From: an uncultured Solirubrobacterales bacterium
GTDB lineage: Bacteria > Actinomycetota > Thermoleophilia > Solirubrobacterales > JBBDJG01
DNA: 64,000 nt
Direction of reading: 5' to 3'
Assembly (NCBI GenBank): GCA_963826005.1
Contig: CAWGVJ010000004.1
Span: 37,279-101,278 of the forward strand
The translations under genes were made by a program, and so were the position numbers. The stretch's first letter is position 1. Each line of letters begins with the position of its first letter. Of this stretch, positions 9,610 to 21,437 are shown piece by piece. The notes below the pieces were generated by a model. It did no database searches, was not told where the DNA came from, and saw nothing but the letters and a program-made list of their open reading frames with translations.

Positions 9610-9846
9610 AAGTAGGCCCCGTCAGGACGGGCAGGGGTACGTGCCTTGGGGGGCCATAACGCGGTTCGAGCAACGGGAGGCGCCGTAACGTTGCGGCATG
9701 TGCCCGAACCTATGTTGGGAACCGGACCCGGTGTTGCAGGTCTCATCTTCCCGCGTTCGCATTATGGACCGGCCCGAGGACGTCCTGCAACCGCGAAGTC
9801 CCCAAACTGGACGTTTATTCCATGCGCGTGTCGCGATTCCGCGCGA

Positions 9847-10779
9847 TTACGCGTGTTTCCGGGCAGTTTTGGACGCCTCGATGGCCGCTCCATCGAGGAT
9901 GTCGTGCTCAGACACCCGGATCTCGGTTAGTTCGAACAGCCCGATCGCCTCGACCAGGATGATCCCGCCGGCCACGATCGTGGGCGCGCGATCGGGATGC
10001 AGACCGGTCACGCTGCGCCGTTCCGCCACCGGCCTGCGCGCCAGGTCCGCGAGGATCTGCTCGCAGCGCTCGAGCGTGAGCTGGTGGCCGTCAACGCGGT
10101 CACGGTCGTAGGGCTCGAGCCTCAGGTCGATCGCCGCGAACGACGTCGGGGTGCCGGCCACCGCAATGCCCTCTCGCGCGCGCTCGCGCATCTCGGCCGG
10201 CACAGACGACGCAAGCACGTCCCGTACCGCCGCGCGGCAGGCCTCCAGCTCGGCCGGTGTCGGCGGATCGGTGTGCAGGAATCGCTCTGTGTAACGCACC
10301 GAACCGATCTGGGTCGAGACGAAGAACTCGACGCGGCCATCGCTGCCCACCACGATCTCGGTGCTGCCACCGCCGATGTCGAGCACCATCACCGGTGCCT
10401 CGGGCGGTCGTGCCGACGTCGCGCCGAGGAAGGTCAGGCGCGCCTCGCGCTCGCCGGTGATGGTCGTGGCCTCGAACCCGAACCGCTCGCGCAGGGCACG
10501 CTCCAGCTCCGCGCCGTTGTGCGCGTCACGCACGGCGCTCGTGAGCACGGCGACGACCTGCTCGGCGCCGAACCGGTCGATCTCCTGCCGGTAGGACTCG
10601 CATACCGTGAGCACGCGCTCGACGGCCGCCTCGGAGAGGTGACCTGTCTCGTCCACTCCCTCCCCCAGCCGCGTCACGTTCGTGCGGCGCTCGAGCTCTC
10701 GGACCACGCGACCGTCCCGCACCTCCGCGACGAGCAGGCGCGTCGAGTTCGTCCCTACGTCCACCACCGCGACGATCAT
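9847..10779 (-). CDS. Ppx/GppA family exopolyphosphatase / guanosine pentaphosphate phosphohydrolase
   Basis: 310-aa ORF. N-terminal DVGTNSTRLLVAE and DIGGGSTE ASKHA-fold phosphate-binding motifs. Confidence 0.9.
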   Translation of the reverse strand: MIVAVVDVGTNSTRLLVAEVRDGRVVRELERRTNVTRLGEGVDETGHLSEAAVERVLTVCESYRQEIDRFGAEQVVAVLTSAVRDAHNGAELERALRERFGFEATTITGEREARLTFLGATSARPPEAPVMVLDIGGGSTEIVVGSDGRVEFFVSTQIGSVRYTERFLHTDPPTPAELEACRAAVRDVLASSVPAEMRERAREGIAVAGTPTSFAAIDLRLEPYDRDRVDGHQLTLERCEQILADLARRPVAERRSVTGLHPDRAPTIVAGGIILVEAIGLFELTEIRVSEHDILDGAAIEASKTARKHA

Positions 10780-10814
10780 CCGCGAGAGTGTGCCGGATCG
10801 GGTAGAAACCGTCT

Positions 10815-11492
10815 ATGGCCGTCGGTGTTGAGTCCGACAACGTGATGGACCATCTGGTCAAGCCCCGCTTGCGTGGCGTATCGCACCAGTGGGCGTTCTT
10901 CGTGGCGCTGGTGGCGGGCATCGTGCTGGTCGTCGCCGCCCCGTCGGGCAGAGCGACCCTCGCCGCCGCCGTCTACGCGGTCAGCGTGTCCGCCATGTTC
11001 GGGGCCAGCGCGCTCTATCACCGCATCGACTGGAAGTCGCTCGCGGCGCGGCGCTGGATGCGGCGCCTGGACCACTCGATGATCTACCTGCTGATCGCGG
11101 GCACCTACACGCCTTTCGCGCTGCTGGTGCTGGACGGCGGGCTCGCGCAGGCCGTGCTGATCGCGGTCTGGGCCGGCGCACTGCTCGGCATCGGCCTCAA
11201 GCTGCTCTGGCCGGACACTCCCAAGTGGCTGACGGCGGGGGTCTACGTGACGCTCGGGTGGGTCGCCGTGATCGCTTTCCCCCAGCTGGCCTCCGAGCTT
11301 GGCCCCGTCGGGATGGCATTGGTGGCGGGTGGCGGCGTGCTGTACACGGCCGGCGCCGTGGTCTACGCGCTGCGACGCCCTGACCCCGCCCCGGCGGTGT
11401 TCGGGTACCACGAGATCTTCCACGTGCTCGTGATCGCCGCCGCGGTGCTGCAGTTCGTGGCCGTCGCGGCCTACGCGCTGCCCGCCGGCTGA
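10815..11492 (+). CDS. hemolysin III / PAQR family channel protein
   Basis: 225-aa ORF with seven hydrophobic helices. Family motifs SHQWAF, LDHSMIYLLIAGTYTPF and HEIFHVLV. Confidence 0.9.
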   Translation: MAVGVESDNVMDHLVKPRLRGVSHQWAFFVALVAGIVLVVAAPSGRATLAAAVYAVSVSAMFGASALYHRIDWKSLAARRWMRRLDHSMIYLLIAGTYTPFALLVLDGGLAQAVLIAVWAGALLGIGLKLLWPDTPKWLTAGVYVTLGWVAVIAFPQLASELGPVGMALVAGGGVLYTAGAVVYALRRPDPAPAVFGYHEIFHVLVIAAAVLQFVAVAAYALPAG

Positions 11493-11938
11493 TCGGCCAG
11501 CGCGCGGGCCAGGCGCCGCCAGCGCCACTGGCGATAGCGGTAGAACAGCTGCGCGTATGCCCACACGAACGGGGTCAGCAGCCCCGCGCCGATCTCGATC
11601 TCGTCCGTGTAGTGGCTCTTCCACGGGCCGCGCTCGTCGACGGTGATGCGGTGCTCCCACCGCTTCACCGAGCCGCCCTGCTCGGAGGTCAGGATCTCGC
11701 GTTCCGCGTCGTCCAGCCGCACGATGTGGATCTCGTGCCACCAGGCCGGGATGCGGCCGAAGAACAGCAGCCGCACGCGATACGTCTCGCCGGCAGCGAA
11801 GTGGTGCGGCAGCTCTCCTCCCTCGGTGCGGAAGCCGAGCAGGCCCTTGGTGATGTAGCGCAGCGTCTCGGGCTGCTTGACCGTGTCCCACGCCAGCGCG
11901 GCGGAGATCGGCAGCGTCGTGGAGACCTTGACGGTCAG
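11471..11938 (-). CDS. SRPBCC-superfamily protein lacking a canonical start codon
   Basis: The listed ORF (GTG 11776) removes 54 in-frame codons that read as the domain N-terminus (LTVKVSTTLPISAALAWDTVKQPETLRYITKG...). The open frame runs to an in-frame TGA, and the only candidate initiator is CTG 11938. Confidence 0.5.
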   Translation of the reverse strand: MTVKVSTTLPISAALAWDTVKQPETLRYITKGLLGFRTEGGELPHHFAAGETYRVRLLFFGRIPAWWHEIHIVRLDDAEREILTSEQGGSVKRWEHRITVDERGPWKSHYTDEIEIGAGLLTPFVWAYAQLFYRYRQWRWRRLARALADQPAGSA

Positions 11939-11942
11939 GGAA

Positions 11943-13690
11943 CTAGGGAATCAGGACGCCCTGGACGGCGAACACGGAATTGGGCGTCGTCGAAGCCACT
12001 CCGTCGGCGCCGCCATCGTTGAGGCGCACCTGGCCGAGCTGCCAGAGCGAGCGCCGGCCTTCCTTGATCGTGCCCGCACCGGTGACCGCGTCGGCGGTCG
12101 TGGTCACCGAGCACGTCGAGCCCACGGTGGTGTCCCCGGTGGCTGCACACGGCACGGTGACCTTGAGCGGGGTGTCCTGCCCGGTCGCGAACAGCGACGG
12201 GCCGTTGTCCCGGTCGGTCACGCGAATCGCCGTGTCGAGTTGCAGCTGCCCGGTGTAGTCGGGGAAGCCGGTGGTGTTGCGCCGCACGTCGGTCATGGAG
12301 ATCGTGATGCGCGCGTCGGCCTCGTCGGCCGGCGTCGCGGGGTTGCCCACGAGCGCGTCGAACTTCACGAAGCCCTCCGACTTGGCGGCGGCCCCGTTGG
12401 CGTCCGGGCTTCCCACCGTCAGCTGGGCTGGAGCTGAGCGCGGGCGGGTTGCACGAGCCGAACGCCAGTGGCGGGCCGTGCGTGCGGTTCGACGCCGCGC
12501 ACTGCACGAAGGACGGCACCAGCGACACGCGCGTGGGCGTCGCACCCTTGGCGCGCACGTACGCCGGCGTCGACGGGGCGTACCAGACCTGCCATGATCC
12601 CCATCACGTCCGTCTTCGGTGCTGCCCGAGTCGTTCTGGTACTCGCTGTGGAGCCTGATCATCTGGCCGGTGGTGATCGGTATGCCGTCGCTCGGGATAC
12701 TCGGCACCCGCCGGGTATGCCTCCGCCTGTCTGCCGGCGGGCATGTCGGTGAAGATCCCGCAATGGCTCATCGGTGTCGAGGTGGCCGTTGCTGCCGTTC
12801 GCGGCGCCGAACGAGGTGCCGTGGTTGGCCTCCGACCTGCACAACGTCGCCCCCGTGAGGTCGGCCGGCGGCGGGTTGTTCGGCGGGATCGGTCCGTAGT
12901 ACGTGCTGGCGGATCCGCCCATGAGCTCCGCCGACAGCGCGATCGCACCGCCGCGCTCGGGGCAGTGCATCGGGCACCAGTTCGGGTCGATGATGTCGAT
13001 GTCGTGCAGGTGCCCGCCATGTCGATGATGCGGCCGTCCTGACGGCGACGGTCCAGTTCACGTGCGTGTCGGAGTAGCCCGGTCGGGATCGTGTACTCCG
13101 AGTCTGCCGCCGCTGCAGATCGAGTCGATGTCCAGCCACAGCGGCCGCGCGTCGGCGGTCTCGGACAGCGGCCGCCAGCGGAAGATGATCTCGACGTTGA
13201 CATGCGCGGCGTCGCCGACTTGTTCACGACGTGGATGTTCATGTTCCAGTTCGGTGCGGTGTTCGTGTAGCCGAAGGGCGTCGGCAGGTGCGTGGCGTGC
13301 GCTCGTTGCCCGCACCCATAGAACGGCTCGCTGATCGGGCAGCCGATGCCCGTCTGGTTCGGGTTGAAGAGCACGAAGTGGTGCAGCAACATGCCGTTGT
13401 CCAGGTTCGCGGTGGCACCCGAGCCGTCGAACACGAGGTTCGGCACCATGTCGGTGATGCGGCAGTTGGTGCACGGCGCCGGCACCTGCGTGACGAGTGG
13501 TTGACCTGGCCGTTGGCCGGGATCGTGAACGGCCCGTAGAGGGCTCTCACAAGCTGGCCCGGGCGGGACGGCAGGTCCGTGCGCGGGTCCGAGAAGGAGC
13601 CGATGTTCGTGACCGAGCTGGCCGAGGCCGCCGTCGCCTGGACAGCGAAGCAGCACGAACAGCTGCTGCCAAAATCGCAGCCGCTTTCAC
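11943..13690 (-). pseudogene. secreted PHM/Nod19-like (copper-monooxygenase-fold, tentative) protein with unnamed C-terminal domain; about 8 frame changes
   Basis: GTG 13690 plus a signal-like VKAAAILAAA...AVQATAASA. The sequence must be stitched from ORFs 13239..13826, 12604..13656, 13058..13474, 12768..13139, 12659..12970, 11935..12558 and 11943..12707. HH...H...HLH...M spacing. The C-terminal ~200 aa are paralogous to 43216..43833. Confidence 0.6.
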
Positions 13691-13796
13691 GGTGACGCCC
13701 CCAGTCCCCCTCATTGACGGGGAGTCTAGCCGGGACGTCGACTTCCGGGGTGGGGAAATTTCGTTCCACTCTGTTGACTCGGCCGTGACCTCTATG

Positions 13797-13810
13797 CGAA
13801 CATACGTTCG
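13797..13810 (+). promoter_or_regulatory. LexA (SOS/Cheo) box
   Basis: Perfect palindrome CGAAC-ATAC-GTTCG, ending 1 nt before the imuB ATG (13811). It lies 17 nt downstream of TTGACT (13774-13779). Matches the Gram-positive/actinobacterial consensus CGAAC-N4-GTTCG. Confidence 0.8.
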
Positions 13811-15007
13811 ATGCACAGGGAGGCACAGGTCGTATGCGTTCTGATCCCGCGGTTCACCCTTCTGACCGCGCTGGGCGATCGCCGCGACCTGGTGCGGGAG
13901 CCCCTCGCGCTCGCACCTGAGCCCGACCGCGAGCAGGTCGTGGGCGAGGTGTCGGGCGCGGCGGAGGCGCACGGGATCCATCCCGGGATGCGGCTGGGAG
14001 AGGCGCTTGCGCGCTGCCCCGGGCTGCGGCTCGTGCCGCCCGACCCCGAGCGCGCGGCGAGCATGTGGGAGGCGGTGCTCGCCGCGCTCGAGGGGATCGG
14101 CGCCGCAGTCGAGCCGGCGGCGCCCGGCGAGACCTACTTCGACGCCGCGGCGCTGCGCCGGATGTACGGCGGCCACCTCGAGGGCGTGCTCGCGCGCGTT
14201 CGCAAAGCCGTGCGGATGCCCGCCCGCCTGGGCGCGGCGCCGAGCCGGTTCTGCGCGTTCGCGGCCGCCGCCCGCGCGCGGCCGGGGCGCGGGTCGAAGA
14301 TCGTTCCCGCGGGAGCGGAGCGCGCGTTTCTCGCGCCGCAGCCGGTGTCCTTCCTGCCCCCGCCGCTCGCGGCGGAGCTGTGCCCGGCGCTCGAGCGGCT
14401 CGGCGTGCGCACGCTCGGCGAGCTGGCCGCGCTGCCCGCGCCCGACGTCGCGGACCGGTTCGGGGCATCCGGCCTGCGTGCCCGCGATCTGGCCGGCGGC
14501 CACGGCGAGCCGCTGCGCCCGCGCGCCCCCGGCGAGGTGCTGTCCGAGGAGATCGAGCTGCCCGAGGCGGTCTCGGGCATCCAGCTCCAGCGCGCGCTCG
14601 AGCTGCTGATCGATCGCCTGCTGGCGCGGCCGGAGCGGCGCGAGCGCGCGCTGCGCAGGATGCGCCTGGGCGCCCGTTTCGTCGAGCGGGGAACGTGGCG
14701 GCGCGAGGTCGCGCTGCGCCAGGCGACGACCTCGCGCGAGCGCCTGCGGCTGGCGCTGTGCTCGCGGCTCGAGGAGCTGCCCGCCCCGATCGAGCGGCTG
14801 GCCCTGACCGTCGTCGCCTTCGGCCCGCCGGTCGCCGACCAGCTCTCGTTCCACCGTCCCGACGAGGAGCGCCGCCGCCGGCTGACAGAGGCGCTGCGCC
14901 AGACGCGGGCGGCCGCCGGCGGCGAGTCGGTGTTGCGCGTGCTCGACACCGATCCCGGCTCGCGCGTCCCCGAGCGGCGCGCGTTCCTCACTCCCTTCCC
15001 CGAGTAG
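13811..15007 (+). CDS. imuB: ImuB-like Y-family polymerase homologue (mutasome subunit)
   Basis: 398-aa ORF. N-terminus VVCVLIPRFTLL..., typical of ImuB/DinB-like proteins. Sits directly upstream of dnaE2 behind an SOS box. Short for the family. Confidence 0.8.
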   Translation: MHREAQVVCVLIPRFTLLTALGDRRDLVREPLALAPEPDREQVVGEVSGAAEAHGIHPGMRLGEALARCPGLRLVPPDPERAASMWEAVLAALEGIGAAVEPAAPGETYFDAAALRRMYGGHLEGVLARVRKAVRMPARLGAAPSRFCAFAAAARARPGRGSKIVPAGAERAFLAPQPVSFLPPPLAAELCPALERLGVRTLGELAALPAPDVADRFGASGLRARDLAGGHGEPLRPRAPGEVLSEEIELPEAVSGIQLQRALELLIDRLLARPERRERALRRMRLGARFVERGTWRREVALRQATTSRERLRLALCSRLEELPAPIERLALTVVAFGPPVADQLSFHRPDEERRRRLTEALRQTRAAAGGESVLRVLDTDPGSRVPERRAFLTPFPE

Positions 15008-15011
15008 ATAG

Positions 15012-15254
15012 ATGGCTCGCCGTCTGTACCGACCGCGACCGGCGACGGTCGCGGCGAGCGCGGACGGCGTGCCCGTGCGGGTCGGACGCGGCGAGGTCGA
15101 CTCCGTGCGCGAGGAGTGGCTGGTCGAGGACCGCTGGTGGACGGCGCGGCCGCTGCGCCGCCGCTACTTCGAGCTTACGATGGCGAACGGCGCAAACGCG
15201 GTCGTGTTCCGCGATCTCGAGAGCGACCGTTGGTACACACAACGGGGAGCGTGA
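15012..15254 (+). CDS. 80-aa protein of the imuB-dnaE2 cassette, hypothetical
   Basis: ATG 15012 follows the junction TAGATAGATG, which has stops in two frames, so it is not a frameshifted ImuB tail. Trp/Arg-rich core (EEWLVEDRWWTARPLRRRYFEL). Its stop overlaps the next start (GTGA). Confidence 0.5.
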   Translation: MARRLYRPRPATVAASADGVPVRVGRGEVDSVREEWLVEDRWWTARPLRRRYFELTMANGANAVVFRDLESDRWYTQRGA

Positions 15255-15636
15255 AAGTGGGCGAGAAGGACGACCTGATCAGCCTTCAGCACGAGTGGAT
15301 GGAGGCCGTCAAGCGTCGCGACATCGAGTTCCTGGAACGGCTGCTGGGACCCGAGTTCGTGCTGTTCACGGGGCGGCCCGGCGTCGAGATGCGCACCCGG
15401 CAGCAGTATCTCGACGTTACGCGTGACCACTACACCCTCGACTCGTTCGAGTACGTGGAGCTCGACGTCCAGACGTACGGAGGCTTCGGCTTCGTGCGGT
15501 CGCGATACAGCCAGCGCGGCTGGATGGACGACAAGGAGCGCAACCAGGCGTTCCTCATGACGGATGTATGGGTGAGGCGTGGCGGAGAATGGCAGGCGGT
15601 CTCGCGTCACATCAGCCCGCTGGACAGTCCGCGGTG

Positions 15637-15637
<1 letters not shown>
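15251..15637 (+). CDS. NTF2-like (DUF4440/SnoaL-like) protein
   Basis: GTG 15251 in ORF 15116..15637 gives 128 aa. GGGGAG lies upstream. Typical NTF2-like core (LQHEWMEAVKRRDIEFLERLL...WVRRGGEWQAVSRH). Coupled to both neighbours. Confidence 0.7.
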
Positions 15638-18900
<3,263 letters not shown>

Positions 18901-18904
<4 letters not shown>

Positions 18905-19110
18905 CGCCGGCCGTCTTTGATCAGCATCCGCGCCGCTGCCTTGCGTACCAGCTGCTCCACCTTATGTCCCGTCGTCGCGGCCACGGCGGGAGATATCCCC
19001 AGTGCGCGCGCGTTGGGCCTCTTCGCTTCGCCTGCGAGGTAGCGCAGGTAGGCAACCGCGTAGGGATGCCGTGGACTGTCCTTGCTGCCGAGCGTTGGCA
19101 ATGGCGGCAC
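18901..19110 (-). CDS. small sigma-region-4-like helix-turn-helix protein, hypothetical
   Basis: 69-aa ORF with a GTG start and GGGAGGAG 8 nt upstream. ARALGISPAVAATTGHKVEQLVRKAAARM resembles an HTH. 66 nt downstream of the patatin gene on the same strand. Confidence 0.4.
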
Positions 19111-19176
19111 AGCGCATCTCCTCCCGGTGCGGGGACGGACTCGTTGCCGGCCAGCGTACTCCGCGACTCAGTCGAT

Positions 19177-20484
19177 TCAGGCGGGCGGCCCCGTCTGCCA
19201 GAGGCGCGCGCCCTGCTCGACGCGCGCGATCCAGTCTGCCGCGTTCCTGTCCCCCAAGTCCACCAGCTTGGCGCCGAAGTGCTTGTCGAAGAAGAGGTAG
19301 CTGAGCAGCTCTCCGCGTGAGGTGTCGTGGTCCACGTCGAGGCCCTGGCCCATGATTGCGACGTTGTGCCGTAGATCCAAGACGTCGGCGTAGTGGTCGT
19401 CGAACACCTCGGATGCCGCCTTGCCGATCTCGCGGTGCCCCGGAGCGATGAAGATGTATGGAACCTCGCGGTAGATCTTGGGCTGGAGGCGGTTCGGTGG
19501 ATCCAGGGGCACAACGATCGGCCTGCCCCCCGACTGTGTCCGCACGATCTCGTTGATGTCCCCCAGCGTGTGCAGGTCGTTGACGAGCGGATCCACCAGC
19601 AGGCCATGGATCAACTGCTTCGCGCCATCGATCAACTCCGGCTTCGCATCCTCGTTGCTCGTCTCGTCCAGGCGAGGTGAATGAAGGGCAACGACGATGA
19701 GGTGAGTCGCACCCAGCTTCAGCGCGGGCTTGATCGGTGTGTTGAGGCGGGTTCCCCCGTCGTAGTACCACTTGCGCTGCGACTCGACGTACACCGGCGG
19801 GAACACGCTCGGGATCGCGGCCGAGGCAAGCACGTGATCGGCGTCGAGCTTCGTCTTCGTGTAGGCGATCCCGCGCCGTTTGTCCCTCGGCGGCGACGCG
19901 GGACGACCGTCGTAGAAGACCTCGCTGAGGCTCGTCGAGGAAAGCGTCGCAACGACGGCGGCCGCTTCCAGCTGCGCGTGGTCATGAACGTTCGCATGCA
20001 GGCGCTCGAACGGAATGCCGCCCGCGCGCCCGTCGATGAGCGGCCCTGCGGTGAGCGTCTTCCTGAGGGGCGACGGGTCGAGCAGGCGTTCGGCGCTGAA
20101 GCCGGGCACCTTCACGAGGTCCAGCACAGCGCTTGCCGCAGCCTTCGCGGACGAGAAGGACACGAGATCCTCGAGCGCCTTCCCCCAAGTGATCTCCTGC
20201 CAGATCTTGCACCCGTCGTCGAGCGCGTCCACCAGTGGCGCGTCTGCCGTGGCCGCCAGGTACGCCGTGTTCAGCGCTCCCACGCTGGTGCCGACGATGA
20301 TGTGCGGCCGCCAGGTTTCCGGGTCGATGTCGTCGGGCCACCCGGGCTCCTGCTCGAGCCGCCTGGCGAGCCACGGCAGCAGCTTCCGCAGCACGCCCAT
20401 CTCGTAGGCGCCGCGTGCGCCGCCGCCGGCGAGCACCAGGCCGATCTTCTGGGGAGGGTCACCGCCCGCATCGGGAACGGTCAT
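19177..20484 (-). CDS. patatin-like phospholipase
   Basis: 435-aa ORF. Oxyanion GGGARG, nucleophile elbow GTSVG and catalytic Asp motif DGG (YYDGGTRLN). Confidence 0.9.
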   Translation of the reverse strand: MTVPDAGGDPPQKIGLVLAGGGARGAYEMGVLRKLLPWLARRLEQEPGWPDDIDPETWRPHIIVGTSVGALNTAYLAATADAPLVDALDDGCKIWQEITWGKALEDLVSFSSAKAAASAVLDLVKVPGFSAERLLDPSPLRKTLTAGPLIDGRAGGIPFERLHANVHDHAQLEAAAVVATLSSTSLSEVFYDGRPASPPRDKRRGIAYTKTKLDADHVLASAAIPSVFPPVYVESQRKWYYDGGTRLNTPIKPALKLGATHLIVVALHSPRLDETSNEDAKPELIDGAKQLIHGLLVDPLVNDLHTLGDINEIVRTQSGGRPIVVPLDPPNRLQPKIYREVPYIFIAPGHREIGKAASEVFDDHYADVLDLRHNVAIMGQGLDVDHDTSRGELLSYLFFDKHFGAKLVDLGDRNAADWIARVEQGARLWQTGPPA

Positions 20485-20589
20485 CGTGCGAGCATAGGCT
20501 CAGCCCGTTTCCCGTGACGCTTCGCACACATACGTACAGTCTGTATGCGGCATACTCGCTGCACGTGTCCACCGGAGAGAGGAGTGCCC

Positions 20590-20991
20590 GTGCCTGACCC
20601 GACCATCCAGGACCTGGCCCACCGCTATGGGGATGCGTGGCACAGCCACGACCCCGACGCGATCGTCGCGCTGCACACCGACGACACCAAATTCCACCTG
20701 CACGTCGGCGACGAGCCGGCGCGCGGCCGCGAGGTGGTGCGCGAGGCGTTCGCGCAGATCCTCACCCAGTGGCCCGACCTGCACTTCCACCCCGTCGCGC
20801 TGCGCTACGGCGACGACTTCTGGGTGGCGGAATGGCGCATGACCGCGACCGGCGCCGACGGCAGCAAGATGGAGGCCGACGCAGTCGACGTGATCACCGT
20901 CGACCACGGGCTCGTGAAGACCAAGGACACATACGTCGACTCGATCACGATCCAGCAGCAGATCGCGGACGTGCAGGAGGTGGCCGCATGA
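20590..20991 (+). CDS. SnoaL/NTF2-like protein
   Basis: GTG 20590 lies 6 nt after GGAGAGAGGAG, within ORF 20545..20991. NTF2-like core (YGDAWHSHDPDAIVALHTDD...). ATGA overlap with the next gene. Confidence 0.7.
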   Translation: MPDPTIQDLAHRYGDAWHSHDPDAIVALHTDDTKFHLHVGDEPARGREVVREAFAQILTQWPDLHFHPVALRYGDDFWVAEWRMTATGADGSKMEADAVDVITVDHGLVKTKDTYVDSITIQQQIADVQEVAA

Positions 20992-21437
20992 CCGTCACCG
21001 AGCCACGCACACAGGCGGCCGAGTTCATCGACTTCTTCGACCGCGGCTGGCGCGTCGGCGCCGGCGAGGCGTTCTTCGAGCACTTCCTGCCGCGCATGCA
21101 TCCGGACGTGCTGATGACGCAGCCGATGTCGCCACCGGTGCGCGGCCCCGACCAGGTACGCGAACTGTTCGAGTCGGCGTTCCGCGCCATCCCCGACATG
21201 CGGGGCGAGGTCGTGAGCTGGGGCGAGACGGCGGACGGCGTGATCGTGGAGCTGCCGCTCAGCGGTCACCTCGGTGGCCGGCCCGTACGCTGGACGACGA
21301 TGGACCGGATCGTGCTCGAGGACGGGCTGATCAAGGAGCGCCATGCGCACTTCGACCCGCTGCCGCTGGTGAAGGCGATGCTGCTGCGGCCGCAGGTGTC
21401 GCTGCCGCTGCTGCCGTCGCTGTTACGCAGGCGCTAG
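20988..21437 (+). CDS. SnoaL/NTF2-like protein (second of tandem pair)
   Basis: ATG 20988 in ORF 20637..21437 gives 149 aa, translationally coupled to the upstream paralogue-like gene. Confidence 0.7.
   Translation: MTVTEPRTQAAEFIDFFDRGWRVGAGEAFFEHFLPRMHPDVLMTQPMSPPVRGPDQVRELFESAFRAIPDMRGEVVSWGETADGVIVELPLSGHLGGRPVRWTTMDRIVLEDGLIKERHAHFDPLPLVKAMLLRPQVSLPLLPSLLRRR

Noticed and set aside
9441-9846. tmRNA or RNase P RNA identity for the spacer
   Set aside because: I looked on both strands and found none of the defining elements. There is no GGTTCGA-TCC T-arm with an acceptor/CCA end, no ...ALAA-stop tag frame, no GGAAAGTCCGG / ACAGAACCCGGCTTA P4 elements, and no SRP GGAA/AGCA motif. The 5' GGGG..TTCGAG resemblance to tmRNA runs into the ppx coding region without a 3' partner.
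9443-9855. Terminal inverted repeats (CACCGCGTTATCGTCGG vs CCGCGCGATTACGCGTG), suggesting a MITE
   Set aside because: Only about 14 of 17 positions match, and that requires gaps. The sequences are CG-rich and of low complexity, and the right arm overlaps the ppx stop codon. This is not distinguishable from chance.
15005-15014. orf80 as a frameshifted C-terminal extension of ImuB
   Set aside because: The junction TAGATAGATG places stop codons in both the imuB frame and the orf80 frame immediately before the orf80 ATG. A single indel therefore cannot fuse them, and it looks like a genuine intercistronic junction.
19177-20484. Patatin as a CBASS-type effector
   Set aside because: No CD-NTase or cyclase, no SAVED/STING-like sensor, and no ubiquitin-like accessory genes are adjacent. 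The only cyclase in the window (54831-56168) is a class III LipJ-like enzyme 34 kb away.
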